From assembly GCA_030390025.1 (NCBI GenBank), contig JASTWF010000324.1, forward strand, positions 1-64,000: a stretch of 64,000 bases of DNA, read 5' to 3'. A program made the position numbers and the translations under genes. This DNA comes from Squalus acanthias. Its lineage: Eukaryota. This document shows, in pieces, positions 32,915 to 47,430 of this stretch (its first letter is position 1; each line of letters starts with the position of its first letter). The notes under the pieces are model-generated. The model made no database searches, was not told where the DNA came from, and worked only from the letters and a program-made list of their open reading frames with translations.

Positions 32915-35900
32915 CCTGTACCCCAGCGAGGGAGACTGTACCCCAGCGAGGGAGACTGTGCCCCAGCGAGGGAGACTGTGCCCCAGCGAGGGAGACTGAG
33001 CCCCAGCGAGGGAGACTGTGTCCCAGCGAGGGAGTCTCTGTAGCCCAGCGAGGGAGCCTCTGTACCCCAGCGAGGGAGACTGTGCCCCAGCGAGGGAGAC
33101 TGAGCCCCAGCGAGGGAGCCTCTGTACCCCAGCGAGGGAGACTGTGCACAAGCGAGGGTGCCTCTGTACCCCAGCGAGGGAGACTGTGCCCCAGCGAGGG
33201 AGACTGATCCCCAGCGAGGGAGATTGTGCCCCAGCGAGGGAGACTGTGCCCCAGCGAGGGAGACTGTGTCCCAGCGAGGGGGACTGTGTCCCAACGAGGG
33301 AGACTGTACCCCAGCGAGGGAGACTGTACCCCAGCGAGGGAGACTGTGCCCCAGCGAGGGACACTGTGACCCAGCGAGGGAGACTGTGTCCCAGCGAGGG
33401 GGACTGTACCCCAGCGAGGGAGACTGTGTCCCAGCGAGGGAGACTGTGCCCCAGCGAGGGAGACTGTACCCCAGCGAGGGAGACTGTACCCCAGCGAGGG
33501 AGACTGTGCCCCAGCCAGGGAGACTGTGCCCCAGCGAGGGAGACTGTGCCCCAGCGAGGGAGACTGAGCCCCAGCGAGGGAGACTGTGTCCCAGCGAGGG
33601 AGTCTCTGTAGCCCAGCGAGGGAGCCTCTGTACCCCAGCGAGGGAGACTGTGCCCCAGCGAGGGAGACTGAGCCCCAGTGAGGGAGCCTCTGTACCCCAG
33701 CGAGGGAGACTGTGCACAAGCGAGGGTGCCTCTGTACCCCAGCGAGGGAGACTGTGCCCCAGCGAGAGAGACTGATCCCCAGCGAGGGAGACTGTACCCC
33801 AGCGAGGGAGACTGTACCCCAGCGATGGAGACTGTGCCCCAGCGAGGGAGACTGTGCCCCAGCGAGGGAGACTGTGCCCCAGCGAGGGAGACTGTGCCCC
33901 AGCGAGGGAGACTGTACCCCAGCGAGGGAGACTGTACCCCAGCGATGGAGACTGTGCCCCAGCGAGGGAGACTGTGCCACAGCGAGGGAGACTGTGTCCC
34001 AGCGAGGGAGACTGTGCCCCAGCGAGGGAGACTGTGCCCCAGCGAGGGAGACTGTGCCCCAGCGAGGGAGACTGTGCCCCAGCGAGGGAGACTGAGCCCC
34101 AGCGAGGGAGACTGTGTCCCAGCGAGGGAGCCTCTGTACCCCAGCGAGGGAGACTGTGCCCCAGCGAGGGAGACTGAGCCCCAGCGAGGGAGACTGTGCC
34201 CCAGCGAGGGAGACTGAGCCCCAGCGAGGGAGACTGTGCCCCAGCGAGGGAGACTGTGCCCCAGCGGGGGAGACTCTGTACCCCAGCGAGGGAGACTGTG
34301 CCCCAGCGAGGGAGCCTCTGTACCCCAGCGAGGGAGACTGTACCCCAGCGAGGGAGACTCTGTACCCCAGCGAGGGAGATTGTACCCTAGCGAGGGAGAC
34401 TCTGTACCCCAGCGAGGGAGACTGTGCCCCAGCGAGGGAGCCTCTGTAGCCCAGCGAGAGAGCCTCTGTACCCCAGCGAGGGAGCCTCTGTACCCCAGCG
34501 AGGGAGACTCTGTACCCCAGCGAGGGAGACTGTGCCCCAGCGAGGGAGACTGTGCCCCAGCGAGGGAGACTCTGTACCCCAGCGAGGGAGACTCTGTATC
34601 CCAGCGAGGGAGACTCTGTACCCCAGCGAGGGAGACTCTGTACCCCAGCGAGGGAGACTGTACCCCAGCGAGGGAGACTGTCCCCAGCGAGGGAGACTGT
34701 ACCCCAGCGAGGGAGACTGTACCCCAGCGAGGGAGACTGTGCCCCAGCGAGGGAGACTCTGCACCCCAGCGAGGGAGACTCTGTACCCCAGCGAGGGAGA
34801 CTGTACCCCAGCGAGGGAGACTGTGCCCCAGCGAGGGAGACTGTACCCCAACGAGGGAGACTGTACCCCAGCGAGGGAGACTGTACCCCAGCGAGGGAGA
34901 CTGTACCCCAGCGAGGGAGACTGTGCCCCAGCGAGGGAGACTGTACCCCAGCGAGGGAGACTCTGTACCCCAGCGAGGGAGACTCTGTACCCCAGCGAGG
35001 GAGACTGTGCCCCAGCAAGGGAGACTGTGCCCCAGCGAGGGAGACTGTGTCCCAGCGAGGGGGACTGTGTCCCAACGAGGGAGACTGTACCCCAGCGAGG
35101 GAGACTGTACCCCAGCGAGGGAGACTGTGCCCCAGCGAGGGAGACTGTGCCCCAGCGAGGGAGACTGTGTCCCAGCGAGGGGGACTGTGTCCCAGCGAGG
35201 GAGACTGTGTCCCAGCGAGGGAGACTGTGCCCCAGCGAGGGAGACTGTACCCCAGCGAGGGAGACTGTGCCCCAGCGAGGGAGACTGTGCCCCAGCGAGG
35301 GAGACTGTGCCCCAGCGAGGGAGACTGAGCCCCAGCGAGGGAGACTGTGTCCCAGCGAGGGAGTCTCTGTAGCCCAGCGAGGGAGCCTCTGTACCCCAGC
35401 GAGGGAGACTGTGCCCCAGCGAGGGAGACTGAGCCCCAGCGAGGGAGCCTCTGTACCCCAGCGAGGGAGACTGTGCACAAGCGAGGGTGCCTCTGTACCC
35501 CAGCGAGGGAGACTGTGCCCCAGCGAGGGAGACTGATCCCCAGCGAGGGAGACTGTACCCCAGCGAGGGAGACTGAGCCCCAGCGAGGGAGCCTCTGTAC
35601 CCCAGCGAGGGAGACTGTGCACAAGCGAGGGTGCCTCTGTACCCCAGCGAGGGAGACTGTGCCCCAGCGAGGGAGACTGATCCCCAGCGAGGGAGACTGT
35701 ACCCCAGCGAGGGAGACTGTACCCCAGCGATGGAGACTGTGCCCCAGCGAGGGAGACTGTGCCCCAGCGAGGGAGACTGTGCCCCAGCGAGGGAGACTGT
35801 ACCCCAGCGAGGGAGACTGTGCCCCAGCGAGGGAGACTGTACCCCAGCGATGGAGACTGTGCCCCAGCGAGGGAGACTGTGCCACAGCGAGGGAGACTGT

Positions 35901-38268
35901 GTCCCAGCGAGGGAGACTGTGCCCCAGCGAGGGAGACTGTGCCCCAGCGAGGGAGACTGTGCCCCAGCGAGGGAGACTGAGCCCCAGCGAGGGAGACTGT
36001 GTCCCAGCGAGGGACCCTCTGTACCCCAGCGAGGGAGACTGTGCCCCAGCGAGGGAGACTGAGCCCCAGCGAGGGAGACTGTGCCCCAGCGAGGGAGACT
36101 GTGCCCCAGCGAGGGAGACTCTGTACCCCAGCGAGGGAGACTGTGCCCCAGCGAGGGAGCCTCTGTACCCCAGCGAGGGAGACTGTGCCCCAGCGAGGGA
36201 GACTCTGTACCCCAGCGAGGGAGATTGTACCCTAGCGAGGGAGACTCTGTAGCCCAGCGAGAGAGCCTCTGTACCCCAGCGAGGGAGACTGTGCCCCAGC
36301 GAGGGAGACTGTGCCCCAGCGAGGGAGACTCTGTACCCCAGCGAGGGAGACTCTGTACCCCAGCGAGGGAGACTCTGTACCCCAGCGAGGGAGACTCTGT
36401 ACCCCAGCGAGGGAGACTCTGTACCCCAGCGAGGGAGACTCTGTACCCCAGCGAGGGAGACTGTGCCCCAGCGAGGGAGACTCTGTACCCCAGCGAGGGA
36501 GACTCTGTACCCCAGCGAGGGAGACTGTACCCCAGCGAGGGAGACTGTCCCCAGCGAGGGAGACTGTACCCCAGCGAGGGAGACTGTACCCCAGCGAGGG
36601 AGACTGTGCCCCAGCGAGGTAGACTGTGCCCCAGCGAGGGAGACTCTGCACCCCAGCGAGGGAGACTCTGTACCCCAGCGAGGGAGACTGTACCCCAGCG
36701 AGGGAGACTGTGCCCCAGCGAGGGAGACTGTACCCCAGCGAGGGAGACTGTACCCCAGCGAGGGAGACTGTACCCCAGCGAGGGAGACTGTACCCCAGCG
36801 AGGGAGACTGTACCCCAGCGAGGGAGACTGTACCCCAGCGAGGGAGACTCTGTGCCCCAGCGAGGGAGACTGTGTCCCAGCGAGGGGGACTGTACCCCAG
36901 CGAGGGAGACTGTGTCCCAGCGAGGGAGACTGTGCCCCAGCGAGGGAGACTGTACCCCAGCGAGGGAGACTGTACCCCAGCGAGGGAGACTGTGCCCCAG
37001 CGAGGGAGACTGTGCCCCAGCGAGGGAGACTGTGCCCCAGCGAGGGAGACTGTGTCCCAGCGAGGAAGCCTCTGTGCCCCAGCGAGGGAGACTGTGTCCC
37101 AGCGAGGGAGACTGTGCCCCAGCGAGGGAGACTGTGCCCCAGCGAGGGAGACTGTGCCCCAGCGAGGGAGACTGTGTCCCAGCGAGGGAGACTGTACCCC
37201 AACGAGGGAGACTGTGCCCCAGCGAGGGAGACTGTGTCCCAGCGAGGGAGACTGTGTCCCAGCGAGGGAGACTGTGTCCCAGCGAGGGAGACTGTACCCC
37301 AGCGAGGGAGACCGTGTCCCAGCGAGGAAGCCTCTGTACCCCAGCGAGGGAGACTGTGTCCCAGCGAGGGAGACTGTACCCCAGCGAGGGAGCCTCTGTA
37401 CCCCAGCGAGGGAGCCTCTGTACCCCAGCGAGGGAGACTGTACCCCAGCGAGGGAGACCGTGTCCCAGCGAGGAAGCCTCTGTACCCCAGCGAGGGAGAC
37501 TGTGTCCCAGCGAGGGAGACTGTACCCCAGCGAGGGAGCCTCTGTACCCCAGCGAGGGAGCCTCTGTACCCCAGCGAGGGAGCCTGTACCCCAGCGAGGG
37601 AGACTGTGCCCCAGCGAGGGAGACTGTGCCCCAGCGAGGGAGACTGTACCCCAGCGAGGGAGACTGTACCCCAGCGAGGGAGACTGTACCCCAGCGAGGG
37701 AGACTGTACCCCAGCGAGGGAGACTGTACCCCAGCGAGGGAGACTCTGTACCCCAGCGAGGGAGACTCTGTACCCTAGCGAGGGAGACTGTGCCCCAGCG
37801 AGGGAGACTGTGCCCCAGCGAGGGAGACTGTGTCCCAGCGAGGGGGACTGTGTCCCAACGAGGGAGACTGTGCCCCAGCGAGGGAGACTGTGCCCCAGCG
37901 AGGGAGACTGTGTCCCAGCGAGGGGGACTGTACCCCAGCGAGGGAGACTGTACCCCAGCGAGGGAGACTGTGCCCCAGCGAGGGAGACTGTGCCCCAGCA
38001 AGGGAGACTGTGTCCCAGCGAGGAAGCCTCTGTACCCCAGCGAGGGAGACTGTGCCCCAGCAAGGGAGACTGTGTCCCAGCGAGGAAGCCTCTGTACCCC
38101 AGCGAGGAAGCCTCTGTGCCCCAGCGAGGGAGACTGTGCCCCAGCGAGGAAGCCTCTGTACCCCAGCGAGGGAGACTGTGTCCCAGCGAGGGAGACTGTA
38201 CCCCAGCGAGGGAGCCTCTGTACCCCAGCGAGGGAGCCTCTGTACCCCAGCGAGGGAGCCTGTACCCC
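32915..38268. repeat. 20/22-bp minisatellite CCCCAGCGAGGGAGAC(TC)TGTR
   Basis: Visible tandem units over ~5.35 kb. Confidence 0.98.
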
Positions 38269-39344
38269 TTCAGGGGGGAGTGAATTGAAGGAAGAATAAA
38301 ATTCAGGATGGGAAACTGGTCTGGCACGGTCCCCTGGGCTTTGTGGTTACCACCGAGTCCTAATTTAAACAGGGAGCGGGTCGCGAGCCTCCGTGGCTCG
38401 TGTGCCAAGCTTTCTGTGTCAGGGTCTGTCCGCACATTCGGAGACTGATGAAAGCAAATTAGGACAATCAATTGCGCTGATCGCCGTTGTTTGGAGAGGA
38501 TGGACAATATGGCAGCGGGTAATCAATCATCGGGCCGGTGTCAAATTAAGTCAGCAGTATGGAAACCTGGGGGTAGGGCAGTCAGCTGATGGCTAATCGG
38601 AGTGCTGTAAAATCAATGCGGTGGATATTATTCTGTGATCGACCGTGTAATGAGCGGCTCCAGAGGCAGCGGGGCTGATGTATGAGTGTCCCAGCTGCTC
38701 TCTCTCTCCCGACCACACACTACATCACGCCAAGTCCTGCAAAAAAAAAAGGCTTTCATCAAAATAAAAGCTGCAGAAATGAAGAACAACAAAAAGATGG
38801 GGAGGGAGGGAGGAGGAGAAAGCAGCGAAAAAATAAGTGTGTAAAATAAGAAGCTGGAGTGTGCGGGAGGGCCCTGACGGAGCGGGCGCTAAGTGAGCTG
38901 CCAACCTGAGGGTGGAGAGATCTCAATCAGTCTTTGTTTTACAGTCGGGGCCCCTCAGCCCAGCTCAGCTGCCTCCGTCTACTGTGTCCAAACACCGCTG
39001 TACTCTCCCCGTGTTAAAGAGCTGGGTCTGAGGGCTGCTCTCAGTGTAGGGGAATGCTACCATTGATTCACACACCGCTCAATTACATTTCTCAGGATAA
39101 TTCATCCCTCGATGAGAAAATAGACTCTACACCTGGGCCAGCCAGCAGCTTACAGCACTCTCCCAGGAAGGTCCTGTAAAAAAAACCCTCATTGTGAGAA
39201 AGAGGGTGAAGGTGGTTCGCTCGGTGGGATAATCTGCACCCCTGGTGCCTCGCTGGGCATCGCTTACCCTTCCTCACACTGCCTTTCCAGCGGAGAGCAA
39301 AGAGAATCAAAATACCCTCCATTCATACAAACCATACATTGAGT

Positions 39345-42172
39345 ACAGATACCCGGGAGTGAGTTACAGGCTGGAATCTAATCGAGGGGTTCGGGGGGTT
39401 TATATATAGAATAACAGATACCCGGGAGTGAGTTACAGGCTGGAATCTAATCGAGGGGTTCGGGGGGTTTATATATAGAATAACAGATACCCGGGAGTGA
39501 GTTACAGGCTGGAATCTAATCGAGGGGTTCGGGGTGTTTATATATAGAATAACAGATACCCGGGAGTGAGTTACAGGCTGGAATCTAATCGAGGGGTTCG
39601 GGGTGTTTATATATAGAATAACAGATACCCGGGAGTGAGTTACAGGCTGGAATCTAATCGAGGGGTTCGGGGGGGTTTCTATATAGAATAACAGATACCC
39701 GGGAGTGAGTTACAGGCTGGAATCTAATCGAGGGGTTCGGGGGGTTTATATATAGAATAACAGATACCCGGGAGTGAGTTACAGGCTGGGATCTAATCGA
39801 GGGGTTCGGGGGGTTTATATATAGAATAACAGATACCCGGGAGTGAGTTACAGGCTGGAATCTAATCGAGGGGTTCGGGGGGTTTATATATAGAATAACA
39901 GATACCCGGGAGTGAGTTACAGGCTGGAATCTAATCGAGGGGTTCGGGGGGTTTCTATATAGAATAACAGATACCCGGGAGTGAGTTACAGGCTGGAATC
40001 TAATCGAGGGGTTCGGGGGGTTTATATATAGAATAACAGATACCCGGGAGTGAGTTACAGGCTGGAATCTAATCGAGGGGTTCGGGGGGTTTATATATAG
40101 AATAACAGATACCCGGGAGTGAGTTACAGGCTGGAATCTAATCCAGGGGTTCGGGGGGTTTATATATAGAATAACAGATACCCGGGAGTGAGTTACAGGC
40201 TGGAATCTAATCGAGGGGTTGGGGGGGGTTTATATATAGAATAACAGATACCCGGGAGTGAGTTACAGGCTGGAATCTAATCGAGGGGTTCGGGGGGTTT
40301 ATATATAGAATAACAGATACCCGGGAGTGAGTTACAGGCTGGAATCTAATCCAGGGGTTCGGGGGGTTTATATATAGAATAACAGATACCCGGGAGTGAG
40401 TTACAGGCTGGAATCTAATCGAGGGGTTCGGGGGGGTTTATATATAGAATAACAAATACCCGTGAGTGAGTCACAGGCTGGAATCTAATCGAGGGGTTCG
40501 AGGGGTTTATATATAGAATAACAGATACCCGGGAGTGAGTTACAGACTGGAATCTAATCGAGGGGTTCGGGGGGTTTATATATAGAATAACAGATACCCG
40601 GGAGTGAGTTACAGGCTGGAATCTAATCGAGGGGTTCGGGGGTTTATATATAGAATAACAGATCCCCGGGAGTGAGTTACAGGCTGGAATCTAATCGAGG
40701 GGTTCGGGGGGTTTATATATAGAATAACAGATACCCGGGAGTGAGTTACAGGCTGGAATCTAATCGAGGGGTTCGGGGGGTTTATATATAGAATAACAGA
40801 TACCCGGGAGTGAGTTACAGGCTGGAATCTAATCGAGGGGTTCGGGGGGTTTATATATAGAATAACAGATACCCGGGAGTGAGTTACAGGCTGGAATCTA
40901 ATCGAGGGGTTCGGGGGGTTTCTAAATAGAATAACAGATACCCGGGAGTGAGTTACAGGCTGGAATCTAATCGAGGGGTTCGGGGGGTTTATATATAGAA
41001 TAACAGATACCCGGGAGTGAGTTACAGGCTGGAATCTAATCGAGGGGTTCGGGGGGTTTATATATAGAATAACAGATACCCGGGAGTGAGTTACAGGCTG
41101 GAATCTAATCCAGGGGTTCGGGGGGTTTATATATAGAATAACAGATACCCGGGAGTGAGTTACAGGCTGGAATCTAATCGAGGGGTTGGGGGGGGTTTAT
41201 ATATAGAATAACAGATACCCGGGAGTGAGTTACAGGCTGGAATCTAATCGAGGGGTTCGGGGGGTTTATATATAGAATAACAGATACCCGGGAGTGAGTT
41301 ACAGGCTGGAATCTAATCCAGGGGTTCGGGGGGTTTATATATAGAATAACAGATACCCGGGAGTGAGTTACAGGCTGGAATCTAATCGAGGGGTTCGGGG
41401 GGGTTTATATATAGAATAACAAATACCCGTGAGTGAGTCACAGGCTGGAATCTAATCGAGGGGTTCGAGGGGTTTATATATAGAATAACAGATACCCGGG
41501 AGTGAGTTACAGACTGGAATCTAATCGAGGGGTTCGGGGGGTTTATATATAGAATAACAGATACCCGGGAGTGAGTTACAGGCTGGAATCTAATCGAGGG
41601 GTTCGGGGGTTTATATATAGAATAACAGATCCCCGGGAGTGAGTTACAGGCTGGAATCCAATCGAGGGGTTCGGGGGGTTTATATATAGAAAAACAGATA
41701 CCCGGGAGTGAGTTACAGATGGAATCTAATCGAGGGGTTTGGGGGGTGTTTATATATAGAATAACAGATACCCGGGAGTGAGTTACAGATGGAATCTAAT
41801 CGAGGGGTTTGGGGGGAGTTTATATATAGAATAACAGATACCCGGGAGTGAGTTACAGACTGGAATCTAATCAAGGGGTTCATAGGGGTTTATCTATAGA
41901 ATAACAGATACCCGGGACTGAGTTACAGGCTGGAATCTAATCGAGGGTTTCGGGGGTTTATATATAGAATAACGGATACCCGGGAGTGAGTTGCAGGCTG
42001 GAATCGAATCGAGGGGTTCAGGGGTTTATATATAGAATAACAGATACCCGGGAGTGAGTTACAGGCTGGAATCTAATCGAGGGGTTCGGGGGTTTATATA
42101 TAGAATAACAGATACCCGGGAGTGAGTTACAGACTGGAATCTAATCGAGGGGTTCGGAGGGTTTATTTATAT
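39345..42172. repeat. 69-bp satellite AGATACCCGGGAGTGAGTTACAGGCTGGAATCTAATCGAGGGGTTCGGGGGGTTTATATATAGAATAAC (~41 copies)
   Basis: Visible tandem units with period 69. Confidence 0.98.
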
Positions 42173-42203
42173 GGAATAATGGATATTCTATTGATAAATG
42201 TAA

Positions 42204-42588
42204 CCAGAGAGCTGCGCTACACTGCACTGGGGCACCAGCGAGCTGTGGTACACTGCACTGGGGCACCAGCGAGCTGCGGTACACTGCACTGGGACACCAG
42301 CGAGCTGCGGTACACTGCACTGGGGCAACAGCGAGCTGCGGTACACTGCACTGGGGCACCAGAGAGCTGCGGTACACTGCACTGGGGCAACAGCGAGCTG
42401 CGGTACACTGCACTGGGGCAACAGCGAGCTGCGGTACACTGCACTGGGGCACCAGAGAGCTGCGGTACACTGCACTGGGGCAACAGCGAGCTGCGGTACA
42501 CTGCACTGGGGCACCAGCGAGCTGTGGTACACTGCACTGGGGCACCAGCGAGCTGCGGTACACTGCACTGGGGCAACAGCGAGCTGCT
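42204..42588. repeat. 31-bp minisatellite GAGCTGCGGTACACTGCACTGGGGCAMCAGC (~12 copies)
   Basis: Visible tandem units. Confidence 0.95.
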
Positions 42589-43136
42589 CGAAACAAAGAA
42601 AATTAGGAAAATAGACTTGAGTTTCAGTGATCACAATAAAGCAGCTTCGTGCCTGCACACTGTGAGCTTGTGACAGCCTTTATCTATCACTTCCAAAGGA
42701 AACTAGCAATACACAGGCCTTCCAATTACCTCAACCACTTGGGGACATCATTAGCTGAGATGATCAGTAGTTTAGATAATGGAAGGCTGCTTTTACAATT
42801 ACCATACATCAGAGGTTAACCTCGAGTTAAACTAAAAGCAGATTTGGCAGATTTGAAGTTGACTCCAGTGTTAAATGAGCAGACTACTGTCTGTGCACCC
42901 GGGTTCAAATACAACTCAAACTGATGAGACGGAAGACTCTCTGACTGTAAGAGAAGTAGTCGAGTGAGATTCAAGTATTCGCAGTTCAGTACCCGTGACT
43001 GCAGGTCCGCTATGTAAAGCTGCTCACAATTTGAAAGAAATCGGCACAGGACAGACAGAGAGAAGCCGCAACGGTCACAGGTGAAGGAAATAGAAAAAGT
43101 CACACGGGAGCCTTCATCTGAGACATCTTGTTAGGT

Positions 43137-46100
43137 AGTGTAGAGGGAGCTTTACCCTGTATCTAACCCGTGCTGTACCTGCCCTGGGAGTGTTTGATGG
43201 GACAGTGTAGAGGGAGCTTCACTCTGTATCTAACCCGTGCTGTACCTGCCCTGGGAGTGTTTGAAGGGACAGTGTAGAGGGAGCTTTACTCTGTATCTAA
43301 CCCGTGCTGTACCTGCCCTGGGAGTGTTTGATGCGACAGTGTAGAGGGAGCTTTACTCTGTATCTAACCCGTGCTGTACCTGCCCCGGGAGTGTTTGATG
43401 GGGCAGTGTAGAGGGAGCTTTACCCTGTATCTAACCCGTGCTGAACCTGCCCTGGGAGTGTTTGATGGGACAGTGTAGAGGGAGCTTTACTCTGTATCTA
43501 ACCCGTGCTGTACCTGCCCTGGGAGTGTTTGATGGGACAGTGTAGAGGGTGCTTTACTCTGTATCTAACCCGTGCTGTACCTGCCCTGGGAGTGTTTGAT
43601 GGGAGAGTGTAGAGGGAGCTTTACTCTGTATCTACCCCGTGCTGTACCTGCCCTGGGAGTGTTTGATGGGACAGTGTAGAGGGAGCTTTACTCTGTATCT
43701 AACCCGTGCTGTACCTGCCCTGGGAGTGTTTGATGGGTCAGTGTAGAGGGAGCTTTACTCTGTATCTAATCCGTGCTGTACCTGCCCTGGGAGTGTTTGA
43801 TGGGACAGTGTAGAGGGAGCTTTACTGTGTATCTAACCCGTGCTGTACCTGCCCTGGGAGTGTTTGATGGGACAGTGTAGAGGGAGCTTTACTCTGTATC
43901 TAATCCGTGCTGAACCTGCCGTGGGAGTGTTTGGTGGGACAATGTCGAGGGAGCTTTACTCTGTATCTAACCCGAACTGTACCTGCCCTGGGAGTGTTTA
44001 ATGGGGTAGTGTAGAGGGAGCTTTACTCTGTATCTAACCCGTGCTGTACCTGCCCTGGGAGTGTTTGATGGGACAGTGTAGAGGGAGCTTTACTCTGTAT
44101 CTATCCCGTGCTGTCCCTGCCCTGGGAGGGTTTGATGGGATAGTGTAGAGGGAGCTTTACTCTGTATCTAACCCGTGCTGTACCTGCCCTGGGAGTGATT
44201 GATGGGGTAGTGTAGAGGGAGCTTTACTCTGTATCTAACCCGTGCTGTACCTGCCCTGGGAGCGTTTGATGGGAGAGTGTAGAGGGATCTTTACTCTGTA
44301 TCTAACCCGTGCTGTACCTGCCCTGGAAGTGTTTGATGGGACAGTGTAGAGGGAGCTTTACTCTGTGCCTAACCCGTGCTGTACCCGCACTGGGAGTGTT
44401 TGATGGGACAGTGTAGAGGGAGCTTTACTCTGTATCTAACCCGTGCTGTACCTGCCCTGGGAGTATTTGATGGGGCAGTGTAGAGGGAGCTTTACACTGT
44501 ATCTAACCTGTGCTGTACCTGCCCTGGGAGTATTTGATGGGACAGTGTAGAGGGAGCTTCACTCTGTATCTAACCCGTGCTGTACCTGCCCTGGGAGTGT
44601 TTGATGGGACAGTTTAGATGGAGCTTCACTCTGTATCTAACCCGTGCTGTACCTGCCCTGGGAGTGTTTGATGGGACAGTTTAGATGGAGCTTTACTCTG
44701 TATCTAATCCGTGCTGTACCTGCCATGGGAGTGTTTGATGGGACAGTGTAGAGGGAGCTTTACTCTGTATCTAATCCGTGCTGTACCTGCCCTGGGAGTG
44801 TTTGATGGGGCAGTGTAGAGGGAGCTTTACCCTGTATCTAACCCGTGCTGAACCTGCCCTGGGAGTGTTTGATGGGACAGTGTAGAGGGAGCTTTACTCT
44901 GTATCTAACCCGTGCTGTACCTGCCCTGGGAGTGTTTGATGGGACAGTTTAGATGGAGCTTCACTCTGTATCTAACCCGTGCTGTACCTGCCCTGGGAGT
45001 GTTTGATGGGACAGTTTAGATGGAGCTTTACTCTGTATCTAATCCGTGCTGTACCTGCCATGGGAGTGTTTGATGGGACAGTGTAGAGGGAGCTTTACTC
45101 TGTATCTAATCCGTGCTGTACCTGCCCTGGGAGTGTTTGATGGGGCAGTGTAGAGGGAGCTTTACCCTGTATCTAACCCGTGCTGAACCTGCCCTGGGAG
45201 TGTTTGATGGGACAGTGTAGAGGGAGCTTTACTCTGTATCTAACCCGTGCTGTACCTGCCCTGGGAGTGTTTGATGGGACAGTGTAGAGGGTGCTTTACT
45301 CTGTATCTAACCCGTGCTGTACCTGCCCTGGGAGCGTTTGATGGGAGAGTGTAGAGGGATCTTTACTCTGTATCTAACCCGTGCTGTACCTGCCCTGGGA
45401 GTGTTTGATGGGACAGTGTAGAGGGAGCTTTACTCTGTATCTAACCCGTGCTGTACCTGCCCTGGGAGTGTTTGATGGGTCATTGTAGAGGGAGCTTTAC
45501 TCTGTATCTAATCCGTGCTGTACCTGCCCTGGGAGTGTTTGATGGGACAGTGTAGAGGGAGCTTTACTGTGTATCTAACCCGTGCTGTACCTGCCCTGGG
45601 AGTGTTTGATGGGACAGTGTAGAGGGAGCTTTACTCTGTATCTAATCCGTGCTGAACCTGCCGTGGGAGTGTTTGGTGGGACAATGTCAAGGGAGCTTTA
45701 CTCTGTATCTAACCCGTGCTGTACCTGCCCTGGGAGTGTTTAATGGGGTAGTGTAGAGGGAGCTTTACTCTGTATCTAACCCGTGCTGTACCTGCCCTGG
45801 GAGTGTTTGATGGGACAGTGTAGAGGGAGCTTTACTCTGTATCTATCCCGTGCTGTCCCTGCCCTGGGAGGGTTTGATGGGATAGTGTAGAGGGAGCTTT
45901 ACTCTGTATCTAACCCGTGCTGTACCTGCCCTGGGAGTGATTGATGGGGTAGTGTAGAGGGAGCTTTACTATGTATCTAACCCGTGCTGTACCTGCCCTG
46001 GGAGCGTTTGATGGGAGAGTGTAGAGGGATCTTTACTCTGTATCTAACCCGTGCTGTACCTGCCCTGGAAGTGTTTGATGGGACAGTGTAGAGGGAGCTT

Positions 46101-47040
46101 TACTCTGTGCCTAACCCGTGCTGTACCCGCACTGGGAGTGTTTGATGGGACAGTGTAGAGGGAGCTTTACTCTGTATCTAACCCGTGCTGTACCTGCCCT
46201 GGGAGTATTTGATGGGGCAGTGTAGAGGGAGCTTTACACTGTATCTAACCTGTGCTGTACCTGCCCTGGGAGTATTTGATGGGACAGTGTAGAGGGAGCT
46301 TCACTCTGTATCTAACCCGTGCTGTACCTGCCCTGGGAGTGTTTGATGGGACAGTTTAGATGGAGCTTCACTCTGTATCTAACCCGTGCTGTACCTGCCC
46401 TGGGAGTGTTTGATGGGACAGTTTAGATGGAGCTTTACTCTGTATCTAATCCGTGCTGTACCTGCCATGGGAGTGTTTGATGGGACAGTGTAGAGGGAGC
46501 TTTACTCTGTATCTAATCCGTGCTGTACCTGCCCTGGGAGTGTTTGATGGGAAAGTGTAGAGGGAGCTTTACCCTGTATCTAACCCGTGCTGTACCTGCC
46601 CTGGGAGTGTTTGATGGGACAGTGTAGAGGGAGCTTTACTCTGTGTCTAACCCGTGCTGTACCTGCCCTGGGAGTGTTTGATCTGACAGTGTAGAGGGAG
46701 CTTTACTCTGTATCTAACCCGTGCTGTACCTGCCCTGGGAGTGTTTGATGGGACAGTTTAGAGGGAGCTTTACTCTGTATCTAACCCGTGCTGTACCTGC
46801 CCTGGGAGTGTTTGATGGGACAGTGTAGAGGGAGCTTTACTCTGTATCTAATCCGTGCTGTACCTGCCCTGGGAGTGTTTGATGGGACAGTGTAGAGGGA
46901 GCTTTACTGTGTATCTAACCCATGCTGTACCTGCCCTGGGAGTGTTTGATGGGACAGTGTAGAGGGAGCTTTACTCTGTATCTAATCCGTGCTGTACCTG
47001 CCCTGGGAGTGTTTGATGGGACAGTGTAGAGGGAGCTTTA
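43137..47040 (+). repeat. 67-bp satellite, large array (~58 copies)
   Basis: Same unit as 31985-32778. Confidence 0.98.
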
Positions 47041-47430
47041 TTCTGATATCATGTGGCTGAACATCAAAATTGCATCAACCATTATTGGGTGCTGCATGAA
47101 TGCTGTCAGCTCCTGTGGTCGGAGAAATGGACTGACTAACATCGCATGTGGGTTTGGTGCACTTGATAACCAACGTGCAGCATATATACAGGGCAGGACA
47201 GCTTTCAACATTGCTTGAATGCCACTAGTCAGCTGTAAGAGCAACGGGCGGGGGCGACTGCCAAAGTTCCCAACACAATGTTGTTCTCAGGGACTATATT
47301 GTTTGGTGATTCAGAAGCCGTGCAAGCCTAGTTGTAGCACTGAGATGAAGCTAGCCCGCACTGGTTTTCACCCTGAGCTGTGTTGGGAACCCTTCAAATA
47401 TTGACACACTGTGAGGAGGCCCTGCAATTA

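Noticed and set aside
32848..38507. 1867-aa and other ORFs over the 20/22-bp repeat
   Set aside because: Open in several frames on both strands purely because of repeat composition.
31985..47040. Hammerhead ribozyme in the 67-bp or 69-bp satellites or in the LTR
   Set aside because: No CUGANGA...GAAA core was found by eye on either strand; the LTR has CTGATCA only.
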